Below, piece by piece: positions 31,755 to 32,000 of a stretch of 32,000 nt of DNA. Numbering within the stretch: the stretch's first letter is position 1; each line of letters opens with the position of its first letter. A program made the translations under genes and the position numbers. Location: contig NC_007614.1 in NCBI RefSeq assembly GCF_000196355.1, positions 3,152,244 to 3,184,243 of the forward strand, written 5' to 3'. This DNA comes from Nitrosospira multiformis ATCC 25196. Its GTDB lineage: Bacteria > Pseudomonadota > Gammaproteobacteria > Burkholderiales > Nitrosomonadaceae. A model generated the notes under the pieces. It ran no database searches. It had not been told where the DNA came from and saw nothing but the letters and a program-made list of their open reading frames with translations.

Positions 31755-31892
31755 TTACTGCACTCCGAGGCGAACTCGTCCTTTGGCGCGCCGAGCCCGG
31801 ATTACCGCCGCTCCACCCGCGGTTTTCATGCGGACCCTGAAACCGTGGGTCCGCTTTCTGCGCGTCACGGATGGTTGGTAAGTGCGTTTCAT
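31755..31892 (-). CDS. rpmH: 50S ribosomal protein L34
   Basis: Not in the ORF track (45 aa): [45 protein letters not shown]. Confidence 0.95.
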   Translation of the reverse strand: MKRTYQPSVTRRKRTHGFRVRMKTAGGAAVIRARRAKGRVRLGVQ

Positions 31893-31983
31893 TATTTCCC
31901 CTGTGCCTGATAATGATAAATAAAAACTCGACATTACAACTCTTTACGGCGACCTGTGTCAACCGATATTTTTTGCTCTCCCT

Positions 31984-31992
31984 GTGGATAAG
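31984..31992. promoter_or_regulatory. consensus DnaA box (TGTGGATAA, i.e. TTATCCACA on the other strand)
   Basis: A perfect 9-mer in the AT-rich region upstream of rpmH. dnaA is expected just beyond the window. Confidence 0.55.
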
Positions 31993-32000
31993 CTGTGAAG

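Overview
This is an origin-proximal chromosomal segment of a betaproteobacterial ammonia oxidiser. The AmoA, AmoB and AmoC sequences look Nitrosospira-like from memory; no search was possible. Almost all genes are on the minus strand.

Layout:
(1) 1-4971: housekeeping block mlaF (partial), DUF3426-like gene, prmA, accC, accB, aroQ.
(2) 5336-5411: tRNA-Thr(CGU). About 4.7 kb of visibly AT-richer, heavily decayed integrative DNA follows. It holds a second copy of the tRNA 3-prime end at 7211-7229, two integrase remnants, a HEPN-like ORF split by a 19-bp tandem duplication, and an intact 263-aa orphan.
(3) 10099-11433: MFS transporter.
(4) 11595-20070: copper and ammonia monooxygenase cluster amoC-amoA-amoB-amoE-amoD-copC-copD plus a His-rich periplasmic protein.
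(5) 20453-24752: parB, parA, rsmG, mnmG.
(6) 24810-27655: three consensus parS sites sit inside a 320-380 bp tandem duplication. One unit carries an IS5-family insertion. About 1.3 kb without convincing ORFs follows.
(7) 27656-32000: small basic protein, mnmE, yidC, yidD, rnpA, rpmH, and a consensus DnaA box at the window edge.

I did not find a clean multi-gene novel system. The least explained signals are:
- the parS-linked duplicated ~160-bp core;
- the run of five secreted proteins in the amo/cop cluster that all mature to an N-terminal histidine;
- the CopD-cytochrome c-Cys-less thioredoxin-fold fusion;
- the decayed tRNA island with its frameshifted HEPN gene and Abi-like orphan.
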